NCBI GenBank assembly: GCA_041742075.1
Contig: JBGSJJ010000013.1
Span: 1,801-65,800, forward strand
Source: Minisyncoccia bacterium
GTDB lineage: Bacteria > Patescibacteriota > Minisyncoccia > Phycocordibacterales > UBA918
Length of the DNA: 64,000 nt
Direction: 5' to 3'
In this document: positions 56,526 to 64,000 of the stretch, piece by piece
Layout: each line of letters starts with the position of its first letter
Numbering within the stretch: position 1 is the first letter of the stretch
Notes under the pieces: generated by a model
Seen by the model: only the letters and a program-made list of their open reading frames with translations
Database searches by the model: none
Told to the model about the DNA's origin: nothing
Program-made: the position numbers and the translations under genes

Positions 56526-57052
56526 GCTTTCTTACCTTGCTTACGAATAATATGTTCCCCCTTATACCGAATCCCCTTCCCCTTGTACGGTTCTGGCTTA
56601 CGTACCTTTCGTACGTTCGCAGCAAACTGTCCAATGGCGTGCTTATCAAAGCCCATCAGGGTAATTGAGCCTTTTTCTACCGTTGCTGAAATACCAGTTG
56701 GTATTTCCATCACCACTGGATGAGAGTAACCAACACTGAGTGTTAGCTTCTGACCTTGGGCTTCGGCTCGGTACCCCACTCCTTCGATTTCAAGTACGCG
56801 AGTAAAACCTTCAGTCACTCCAGTAATCATGTTTCGTACAATAGAAGCGTAGGTGCCCCAAAGTGCCCGTGCTTCTATAGTCTGCTTCTTTGGTTCCAAT
56901 GTCAGGATGCCGTCCTCAATCTTGAGTGCGACAACGGGACGAATGGCTTCAGTAAGAGTTCCTTTTGGTCCAGTTACCGTAAGTACACCATCAGTAAAAC
57001 TGGCGGTGACACCGGCTGGAAGGGTTACTGGTTGTTTTCCTAATCGACTCAT
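56519..57052 (-). CDS. rplF: 50S ribosomal protein L6
   Basis: MSRLGK, GVGYRA, PEPYKGKGIRY. Confidence 0.98.
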   Translation of the reverse strand: MSRLGKQPVTLPAGVTASFTDGVLTVTGPKGTLTEAIRPVVALKIEDGILTLEPKKQTIEARALWGTYASIVRNMITGVTEGFTRVLEIEGVGYRAEAQGQKLTLSVGYSHPVVMEIPTGISATVEKGSITLMGFDKHAIGQFAANVRKVRKPEPYKGKGIRYKGEHIIRKQGKKAV

Positions 57053-57058
57053 ATGTTG

Positions 57059-57454
57059 TTACCAGATGATGAAGAGTTGTTCACCTCCGACTTGCTTTTC
57101 GCGTGCCTCTTCTCCGGTTAAGATACCGGCTGGCGTCGAAAGGATCATGTGACCCTTACCAAATTTTACTGGATAAATATCGGTGACCTTAATGTAGAGA
57201 CGTCGTCCCGGCTTTGAGATACGCTTTACACCACGAATCGTGTGTACCTCCCCTTCAGCGTACTTAAGCGTAACCGCAAGGTCAGCTCCTACTTTTTTGC
57301 TTTGCTTCTCGACTCCAGAAACATAGCCTGCTTCATGCAACTTCTTAGCAATTGCATGCTTCAACTTTGAGTATGGAAGGGTAACTGTGCTTTTGCCAGC
57401 CATGCCTCCATTCTTAAGTTGGATAATGAAATCTCCTACTGTATCGCTTACCAT
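57059..57454 (-). CDS. rpsH: 30S ribosomal protein S8
   Basis: SKLK, RISKPGRRLY, LSTPAG, VGGE. Confidence 0.98.
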   Translation of the reverse strand: MVSDTVGDFIIQLKNGGMAGKSTVTLPYSKLKHAIAKKLHEAGYVSGVEKQSKKVGADLAVTLKYAEGEVHTIRGVKRISKPGRRLYIKVTDIYPVKFGKGHMILSTPAGILTGEEAREKQVGGEQLFIIW

Positions 57455-57633
57455 GATGATTTCTTTATGCCTGGTATAGTGCCTTCATTTGCTCCTTCAC
57501 GGAAACAAATACGACAAAGGTCGAAGTCTCGCATGTAGCCTCGCTTACGACCACACTGGTTGCAGCGTCGTACCACTTGAGACTTGAACTTTGGTGTACG
57601 CATTGCGCGTATCAAGATTGACTTTCGTGCCAC
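57448..57633 (-). CDS. rpsN: 30S ribosomal protein S14 (Zn-binding type)
   Basis: RCNQCGR...LCRICFRE...KSSW; GTG start. Confidence 0.97.
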   Translation of the reverse strand: MARKSILIRAMRTPKFKSQVVRRCNQCGRKRGYMRDFDLCRICFREGANEGTIPGIKKSSW

Positions 57634-57651
57634 GTTTTTTGTCTTATGGGT

Positions 57652-57685
57652 GGGACAGTATCATGTAGAAACCATGACTTGTCCC
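57652..57685 (-). promoter_or_regulatory. Putative S8-binding leader hairpin (16S helix-21 mimic)
   Basis: GGGAC-AAGUCA-UG...CA-UGAUACUG-UCCC reproduces E. coli 16S 595-600 and 638-645; 18 nt upstream of the rpsN start. Confidence 0.7.
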
Positions 57686-57840
57686 CTAATAATCCGACCA
57701 AAACTGGTGGTTTTGGTCTTCGGCGTATACACAAACGAGCGCCTTCCGAGTTAAAACAATAGTTTTATTGCTCGGCGCGTCTCACTCACAACAGATTGTT
57801 TAGAATCAGGAGAGGTTTTGCGTATCTCGCTTCGGGGGCA

Positions 57841-57868
57841 ATAGTACCAGAATACGGAGAAATAACAA
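57841..57868 (-). promoter_or_regulatory. Promoter for rpsN-rpsH...secY
   Basis: TTGTTA-16 bp-TACTAT with TG extension. Confidence 0.5.
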
Positions 57869-58016
57869 GGTCTTACTGCGCTGGAGTAGAGCATCACTCC
57901 ACCTGACGTATCTTCATAGTTTTATATGCTTCATAGTTGAAGTAAGTATAAGAAAAGCCCCGGCACATAATGCGCCGGAGCTGAGACTCACCGAGATGAG
58001 CAAGGAACCTGAAGAA

Positions 58017-59114
58017 CTAGAGGTTCGAGAGCGAGCCGATGATGCGCTCCATCACCAGCGCGCTGGGCATCGGCATCACCTTGTTGATGGAGGCGGGGAT
58101 GCCGGTCACCGTGAGCACGGTTGGGTCGGATTCCACACCGACGAAGCCGGAACGAAACCCATGTTGGCTCCAAGCAATGGCCTGGATGCGCGGATCTCGA
58201 AACGCTTCAGTGAGTCGTTCGCACTCGGGCTTGAGCACGATGAGCGGGTGAGAGGAAAAGATGGTTGGTTCTGGGTACAGGATGTTTATCTGCTCCTTGA
58301 TGACCGTCTGATACTCAGGATGCTTAAGGATGAACTCCGGCAACTGACTCTCGTAGCCGACGATCATCGGCCGAGCGCCCATTCCTTGGTTGAGGAAGTT
58401 CTCGAAGATATCCCCCGAACCCTCTTCCATGAAACCCATGGAGCGAAAGTAGGCGACGAGCTGCGGAAGGACGTTGTCCACCGTCGTTTCGTCGATGACC
58501 TCGCCGTTGTTCAGCATGCCGGCGAGAAGTGCCGCCCACATGTTGCCCGAGTTCGACTTCCTCGGGTCGCTGGAGAAGACCTTGATCGAACCGTAGAGGT
58601 CGAGACCGAGGGATTCCCATTTCTCCTTTGCCGCCGCGAGTTTGATGAGCTCTTGTGGCTTGATGATATAGTGGGTGTTCTCCCGCTCTTCAACAATCCC
58701 TGCCTTCGTGAGCGCGGCGGTAACCGGCGCCCATGTGTAGAAGACGATGGGACTGTTGAAGATGACCTGGTCAGAGATGACGGATTTGCCACTCCTGCGT
58801 GCCAATTCCACCGCCACTTGGTTGCTCGGCCAGATGCAGTGCTGGTCGGTCGTGTTGTCGGTTGTCGACATCGCGATCGAACCGCGTCGCGTGCCGTTGA
58901 GTTGGATTTTGTAGTCCTCGTCGAGGATGGCGAGAACCTCCGGGTTGTTCAGAAACCCCTCTTTCTCGCCGCCATAGTAGAGGTTAAGCGTGAGCGGAGC
59001 GAGTCGCTCGGGGACCTTGCGCTTGAGGCTATCGAAGTCGACCATCGTCAGTATAAGAACGACGACTGCGACCACGATCAGCACTGCGAGGCCCATAAGT
59101 TTCCTCAGGTTCAT
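58017..59114 (-). CDS. Membrane-anchored solute-binding (PBP-II) protein, vWA-associated
   Basis: GGEKEGFL, RRGSIAM, IWPSN, FNSPIV, DPRKSNSG, YESQ, SSHPLI. Confidence 0.8.
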   Translation of the reverse strand: MNLRKLMGLAVLIVVAVVVLILTMVDFDSLKRKVPERLAPLTLNLYYGGEKEGFLNNPEVLAILDEDYKIQLNGTRRGSIAMSTTDNTTDQHCIWPSNQVAVELARRSGKSVISDQVIFNSPIVFYTWAPVTAALTKAGIVEERENTHYIIKPQELIKLAAAKEKWESLGLDLYGSIKVFSSDPRKSNSGNMWAALLAGMLNNGEVIDETTVDNVLPQLVAYFRSMGFMEEGSGDIFENFLNQGMGARPMIVGYESQLPEFILKHPEYQTVIKEQINILYPEPTIFSSHPLIVLKPECERLTEAFRDPRIQAIAWSQHGFRSGFVGVESDPTVLTVTGIPASINKVMPMPSALVMERIIGSLSNL

Positions 59115-59725
59115 CGTTCGTATCTCCTTTTGTCATCAATCAGCTCGCCCGCAACATCAGCGGTGCGAGTGAGTTGTTCCAGGTTGGTTTCGAGGCACTC
59201 ATCGCGCATTTGCCGAATGCGAGTCCGGAAGGTATCAATGATGCGCCGTCGAACCGCGTCGAGTTTGATCACGGTGTCTGTACCCCGACTATGCCGCCAA
59301 AGACGGACGTACTCGGTAGAAACCGTGGGTACATCGGCGAAATCGACGATGCGGGTTTTCACAATCCGTATCCCTCGGGGATACTCGTTGCAAAAACGAA
59401 CAACCGCGTAGAGGTCTTCGGCCATTTCGGCGAATACGGGCTGCATCGTCGGGTCGCCGTCCTCGGCGGACAGTTTCTTAAGACCATCTGCGATGGTCTG
59501 TAGGTTTGCGAGCAACGCTTTGAAGCGGTCGCGTCGCATACCAGCATCCCATAGAAATTCAAGATTCGCTGGCGGCTTCACATCGATGATGACCGCTACT
59601 GCCAAGAAGGCAATAACAGCCAGAATCAGTGCGAGCCACCAAACCAGCTGCACCGGCAGAAATAGGACCAAGAAGATCACAACTCCGACCGCTGCAGCGA
59701 TGAGCTGTCGCATGGTTTCTGTCAT
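59111..59725 (-). CDS. XpaC-like (5-bromo-4-chloroindolyl phosphate hydrolysis) membrane protein
   Basis: Two N-terminal TMs plus helical domain; context between two PBP-II genes. Confidence 0.55.
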   Translation of the reverse strand: MTETMRQLIAAAVGVVIFLVLFLPVQLVWWLALILAVIAFLAVAVIIDVKPPANLEFLWDAGMRRDRFKALLANLQTIADGLKKLSAEDGDPTMQPVFAEMAEDLYAVVRFCNEYPRGIRIVKTRIVDFADVPTVSTEYVRLWRHSRGTDTVIKLDAVRRRIIDTFRTRIRQMRDECLETNLEQLTRTADVAGELIDDKRRYER

Positions 59726-59779
59726 AGCTCTAACTCCGCGTGAGGGGAAGGGTGCGCGGCCTCAGGCCGCACTTAGCGT

Positions 59780-61411
59780 TTAGTTGTACCCCTTGACACT
59801 GCGAAGCGTCGCCGGGAGGTCACCCTTGCTGTCGAAGTAGCGTCCAACCGTCAGTGTGGTCAGCTGCTGCAGCTCGGTAGTATCGGCACCGCCGAAGGCG
59901 ATGGCGTTGATTGGCACATCCGACATGAACGAGTACCCCGAAAGGAATCGTTCAAAGTCTTGCGCTTTCATGCCAGCATTCGTTTCGCCATCAGTCATCG
60001 CGTTGATAGCGACGAGGTAGTTGTCGAGCCGGCCTGAGGCTGCGTACGGAGCGATTTCGCGCACCGCTTGAGCCAAGCCTTCATACAACGCTGTTGCAGA
60101 TCCCAGATCGATGGCTTGGGTGTTATTGAGCAGACGAGCGACCTTAGTCGGCTCGTTGCCCTCAACCACCCACACGTCTTGCACAGAGCCCGCGAACGTG
60201 ACGACGATAGTGACGTCGTTCGGTCCGAGTTGGAGCAGGTTGGCAGCGGCAGTTTCGGGATCGAGAAGGTTTTCCATCGCCTTCTTTAGCCCCTCGATGC
60301 CACGTCCAGACATACTGCTCGACGCGTCGAGCACCCATGCTGTCAATGACGGTTTGCGAAGACCGGTCTGGTACAGGTTGAGTGCGGTCTCAATGACCTC
60401 CTGAGTAGGCACCGGCACCGACGCAATGATGCGCTTGGTGTCGATACCCCAGTCGGGGTTGAAGACCGTCGGATCGACCGTGCCAGCGTTAAGGCCGATA
60501 AGGCCCGTACGCCGACCAGTCGCCTTGATGGCGTCTTGTGTCTCAGGCGTAAGCAAGTGAGCCTGAAGCTCGAGGAAGAGTGTTTCCTTTGCTTCGATCC
60601 CATGATCCACGTAGCCGAGCGGGCTATCAGAGACCATGATGGCGTCGCGTGGGTAGACTGCACAGAGCGGTTCGTGGCCACGGTTGATGAGACCGGGCAC
60701 GAACTTCCCTTTCTCGTTCCAGCCGAGATTGGCTTCGATGATCATGCTCTCGTAGTTGAACATAGCATCGAAACGATGCGGGTTCTCGACGACGAGAGTG
60801 CGCAACCAGCCCGAGCTTCCTGCGCTCCGGTCAACGGTCGCAAGGAAGCGCTTCAGATCAGCCTGCACTTGCCGATCCTCGAGTTGCTCAAGAGTCAGTA
60901 CATCTGGACTGCCTGAGAGGGCATAGAGCGCTCCGATGTAGGCCGAAGCGCCGCTATTGGACTGCGTCGCCGAAGTCATCGTGAGCGTGAATGCCCCTTG
61001 GTCCGCGGCCGCGATGATGTCGGCCATGGTGACGTCGGTATCGCTTATCCAGCCGAGTCGGTTGGCGATTGAGCAGTTAAGACCGAGCACAACCGGCGAA
61101 CGCATGATCGACGCCGTGTGCGCGACCGTATTGTTGCGGTCGCCGAGGGCGATCCAAAGCTGGTTCGCCGGCCACACCGCGTCGTACGCACAGCCGGTCT
61201 CGGCCTGCAGGCAGCGGGCGATGTCCACACTACCGAGATAGTCGATGTCAATCGTGATACCTTTCTCTTCAGCGAACGCCGTGATGATTGGCTCGAGGCC
61301 TTCGTTCTCGGATCCCGAGACGATGGTGAATGTTCGTTGCGGTTGTGCCTCATCGCAGGCGGCGAGGGCACAGAGCCCAGCGACTAGGCCACAGAGTACG
61401 TGTTTGGACAT
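59780..61411 (-). CDS. Lipoprotein: PBP-II solute-binding + C-terminal vWA
   Basis: LAAC lipobox; SGSEN, SATQSNSG, NYES; LDASSSM, TALY, MTDG. Confidence 0.88.
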   Translation of the reverse strand: MSKHVLCGLVAGLCALAACDEAQPQRTFTIVSGSENEGLEPIITAFAEEKGITIDIDYLGSVDIARCLQAETGCAYDAVWPANQLWIALGDRNNTVAHTASIMRSPVVLGLNCSIANRLGWISDTDVTMADIIAAADQGAFTLTMTSATQSNSGASAYIGALYALSGSPDVLTLEQLEDRQVQADLKRFLATVDRSAGSSGWLRTLVVENPHRFDAMFNYESMIIEANLGWNEKGKFVPGLINRGHEPLCAVYPRDAIMVSDSPLGYVDHGIEAKETLFLELQAHLLTPETQDAIKATGRRTGLIGLNAGTVDPTVFNPDWGIDTKRIIASVPVPTQEVIETALNLYQTGLRKPSLTAWVLDASSSMSGRGIEGLKKAMENLLDPETAAANLLQLGPNDVTIVVTFAGSVQDVWVVEGNEPTKVARLLNNTQAIDLGSATALYEGLAQAVREIAPYAASGRLDNYLVAINAMTDGETNAGMKAQDFERFLSGYSFMSDVPINAIAFGGADTTELQQLTTLTVGRYFDSKGDLPATLRSVKGYN

Positions 61412-61542
61412 TGGGTATTTCTCTCTTCTCTTGTTGAATTGTGAAGGACAGTTCGGCTTGTTTTGCAACCAAAACCCCCTAATTTATTAGCACAAAAAAT
61501 GTGAAAAGTCAATAGATTACTAAATATTTTAAATAACTAACA

Positions 61543-61581
61543 ACAAACAGCCGGCACCCTTTTGGGGTGCCGGCTGTTTGT
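61543..61581 (-). terminator. Terminator after rplE
   Basis: ACAAACAGCCGGCACCC/GGGTGCCGGCTGTTTGT. Confidence 0.8.
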
Positions 61582-61605
61582 AACTTGCAACGGTTTAGTT
61601 TTTGA

Positions 61606-62196
61606 CTAGCGTCGCTTCTTCACTACTTTCTTCTTTGGAGCTGCGCCAGCTTCCATAAGTGGAAGGCCGATGTGCCTAAGTAGTGCTTCGGCTTCAGCTT
61701 TACTCTTAGCAGTCGTAACAATCGTAATCGCTAAGCCAAAGACGTCACGAATTTCTTCATCAACTGTCTCTGGAAAAATAGTGTGTTCAGGTAGACCAAT
61801 CGTGATGTTCCCCATCTCGTCAATCGCTGTTGGACGAAGACCTCGAAAGTCTCGTGTCTGTGGCAAGGCTAGGTTGATAAACTTATCGAGGAAACTTTCC
61901 ATCTGCTTGCCACGCAAGGTGACTTGGTAGCCGATGATTTCTCCCTCTCGTAGTTTGAACGAAGCGATTGATTGCTTTGCTCCCCGAGCAGCTGCCTTCT
62001 GACCAGTGATTTGAGCGAGTCGGTCTTGGATGAGGGCAAGCTTCTGCTTGTCTTCAATTTTTCCAACACCGGTTGAGACAACAACTTTCTCGATTCTCGG
62101 AGCTTGCATCACGTTCTTGTAGTTGAACGTTCCCTTAAGTGCATCGTATGATGACTTAATCTGCTCTTTCATGGTTGGTTTGGTAGTAGTTGTCAT
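61606..62196 (-). CDS. rplE: 50S ribosomal protein L5
   Basis: ITGQK, FKLREG, RDFRGL, FPE. Confidence 0.98.
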   Translation of the reverse strand: MTTTTKPTMKEQIKSSYDALKGTFNYKNVMQAPRIEKVVVSTGVGKIEDKQKLALIQDRLAQITGQKAAARGAKQSIASFKLREGEIIGYQVTLRGKQMESFLDKFINLALPQTRDFRGLRPTAIDEMGNITIGLPEHTIFPETVDEEIRDVFGLAITIVTTAKSKAEAEALLRHIGLPLMEAGAAPKKKVVKKRR

Positions 62197-62199
62197 AGG

Positions 62200-62511
62200 C
62201 TATAGTTTCTTACCAGAAGGACGCGCAACGCGAACCTTCTTTGTTTTTTCACCATTTTTTTCGACCGTATACCCAACTCGTACTGGCTTTCCGCCAACAG
62301 CAAACGCAACGTTTGATACGTGGATTGGCATACTCATTTCAATAATCTGCCCTTGTGAGCGAGTTCGCTTGTTTCGCTTGTGCTTACTCACCACATTTAC
62401 CCCATCAACAACTACTTGTTCAGTAGCTTGTAGAGTATTTTGTACGGTACCAGTCTTACCTTTATCTTTACCAGCGATGACTATTACGCTGTCTCCTTTT
62501 TTAATTTTCAT
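62200..62511 (-). CDS. rplX: 50S ribosomal protein L24
   Basis: KKGDSVIVIAGKDKGKTG, PIHVSNV. Confidence 0.98.
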   Translation of the reverse strand: MKIKKGDSVIVIAGKDKGKTGTVQNTLQATEQVVVDGVNVVSKHKRNKRTRSQGQIIEMSMPIHVSNVAFAVGGKPVRVGYTVEKNGEKTKKVRVARPSGKKL

Positions 62512-62522
62512 AATGGTATCGG

Positions 62523-62894
62523 TTAAACGACTTCAGGTGCCAGTGACACAATCTTCTGATAACCGGCTTCAGCGAGCTCACGAGGAATTGGACCAAACAC
62601 ACGGTTTGCCTTTGGTTCCTTCTTTACCTTATCGACAATCACCACGGCGTTATCGTCAAATGAGACATATGAACCGTCTTTTCGTCGGTACGGCTTTCTT
62701 TGTCGTACTACCACGCCACAGACCACATCCTTCTTCTTCACTTGCTTGCGTGGTTCTGCAGTTTGAACTGACAGAATAACGAGTTCGCCTAGTTCTGCGT
62801 AGCGCTTCTTTGAACCACCGAGGACTTTGAACACGCGACCAATCTTGGCGCCTGAGTTATCGGTGATTTTCACAATTGTTTGTGGCTGAATCAT
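62523..62894 (-). CDS. rplN: 50S ribosomal protein L14
   Basis: DNSGAK, FDDNAVV, RVFGP, SLAPEV. Confidence 0.98.
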   Translation of the reverse strand: MIQPQTIVKITDNSGAKIGRVFKVLGGSKKRYAELGELVILSVQTAEPRKQVKKKDVVCGVVVRQRKPYRRKDGSYVSFDDNAVVIVDKVKKEPKANRVFGPIPRELAEAGYQKIVSLAPEVV

Positions 62895-62895
62895 A

Positions 62896-63156
62896 TTATT
62901 TTACTAAGATGAATCGCTTGCGCTTACTAAGCGGGCGGGTTTCTTTAATTTCGACCTGTGTTCCCACTACTGCTGTATTGCCCTTGTCGTGAACTAAGAA
63001 CTTCTTGGTTCGACGTTGAAACTTCTTGTACTTCGGATGCTTCACGTATCGTTCTACCGCTACCGTACACGTATCAATCATCTTACTTGCGACTACCGTA
63101 CCCTTAAGGACACGTCCGTTTGAGGTAATAGTCTCTTTAGTTACTACTTCTGTCAT
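62896..63156 (-). CDS. rpsQ: 30S ribosomal protein S17
   Basis: HPKYKK, VHD, ETRPLSK. Confidence 0.98.
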   Translation of the reverse strand: MTEVVTKETITSNGRVLKGTVVASKMIDTCTVAVERYVKHPKYKKFQRRTKKFLVHDKGNTAVVGTQVEIKETRPLSKRKRFILVK

Positions 63157-63158
63157 AT

Positions 63159-63374
63159 TTATTTTGCAGTCTTCGCACGCTCTTCTCGCGCACGTCGATT
63201 AAGCTCGGTTAAGCTTCGGGCAATTTCCTTTTTAGAAGTTCGAACCGCACGAACATTTCGAGTTGCTGAACCAGCAACACCGAAACGAAAGGCGCGTACC
63301 GCTTCACGCTCTGTAGCTACATCAGCAATAAGGTCTTTTTCTGACTTTGTTGTCAAATCTGTTTTCTTACTCAT
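63159..63374 (-). CDS. rpmC: 50S ribosomal protein L29
   Basis: Position and KKEIARSLT motif. Confidence 0.9.
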   Translation of the reverse strand: MSKKTDLTTKSEKDLIADVATEREAVRAFRFGVAGSATRNVRAVRTSKKEIARSLTELNRRAREERAKTAK

Positions 63375-63385
63375 ATACCTAAGCG

Positions 63386-63820
63386 TTACATGCGGGTCTC
63401 CTCACGACGGACAAACTTGCCTTTGAGTGGTAGTTTTGCCGTAGCCTTCCGTAGCGCTTCACGCGCTAGTTCTTCAGGAACACCGTCAATTTCGAATAAT
63501 ACACGACCTGGTTGGACTTCAAACATAAAGTATTCTGGATCTCCTTTTCCTTTACCCATCGGGAGTTCAGCTGCTTTTTTGGTAGCTGGTCGGTCTGGGA
63601 AAATACGAATCCAAATTTTACCTGTCTTGCCAAGTGTTCTTGAGATAACTCGACGAGCAGCTTCAATTTGGTTTGAGCGAACACGAGCTGAGGTAACGGC
63701 CTTTAGTCCATATGAACCAAATGCCACACTCACGCCACGGGTATCCGGAAGCATCCGACGCGCTTCGCTCTTGCGACCTACTTGCCACTTACGGTGTTTT
63801 ACTTTTTTTGGAAATAACAT
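63386..63820 (-). CDS. rplP: 50S ribosomal protein L16
   Basis: QIEAAR, WIRIFPD, MGKGKG. Confidence 0.98.
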   Translation of the reverse strand: MLFPKKVKHRKWQVGRKSEARRMLPDTRGVSVAFGSYGLKAVTSARVRSNQIEAARRVISRTLGKTGKIWIRIFPDRPATKKAAELPMGKGKGDPEYFMFEVQPGRVLFEIDGVPEELAREALRKATAKLPLKGKFVRREETRM

Positions 63821-63832
63821 AGTGAGTGAGAG

Positions 63833-64000
63833 TTAGGCGCGAGTAGCACGGGTTGGTGTAGGCTTCTTTTCTTCTTGGTTAGCTTTGCGGTCAGCAAAGA
63901 CGTCACCTCGATAGACCCATACCTTTACACCAATCACACCGTACGGGAGATTTGCTCGTTCACGAGCAAAGTCAATGTCAGCACGAAGTGTCTGGAGAGG
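63833..64000 (-). CDS. rpsC: 30S ribosomal protein S3, C-terminal part
   Basis: [12 protein letters not shown]...[13 protein letters not shown] read by hand. Confidence 0.95.
   Translation of the reverse strand, partial: PLQTLRADIDFARERANLPYGVIGVKVWVYRGDVFADRKANQEEKKPTPTRATRA

Noticed and set aside
57996-59411. 471-aa plus-strand ORF
   Set aside because: Antisense shadow of the solute-binding and XpaC-like genes; no motif

Overview
Chromosomal window of a Patescibacteria (CPR, Parcubacteria-like) bacterium using the standard code 11. The lineage is inferred from the S10/spc ribosomal protein cluster lacking rpmD (L30), fermentative xfp-ackA and malic enzyme genes, and a cohesin/dockerin surface protein. 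The housekeeping backbone is recG, ftsH, smpB and tmRNA, infC-rpmI-rplT, ndk/map/adk/cmk, secY and rplO through rpsC. RNA genes are tRNA-Ile with the unusual UAU anticodon, tmRNA and a 6S-like RNA. Main observations: (1) a 4.7-kb integrase-less island bounded by an exact 32-bp direct repeat in the 3' end of a yceI gene, carrying NrtR, a J-domain pseudokinase, a vWA protein and a divergent PurA with two NrtR-type operators; (2) a small transcription unit whose 17-codon ORF runs into about 16-21 nt complementary to the 16S rRNA 3' end, with no downstream start codon; (3) a hairpin before rpsN that mimics the S8-binding core of 16S helix 21, where the spc operon is split by a vWA/solute-binding/XpaC insert; (4) a phage T5 A1-like metallophosphoesterase outside any prophage; (5) a tandem cold-shock-domain gene interrupted by one in-frame UGA; (6) palindromic elements at the 3' ends of secY, rplF and tmRNA. 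All family calls come from motif recognition by eye; no database search was run.
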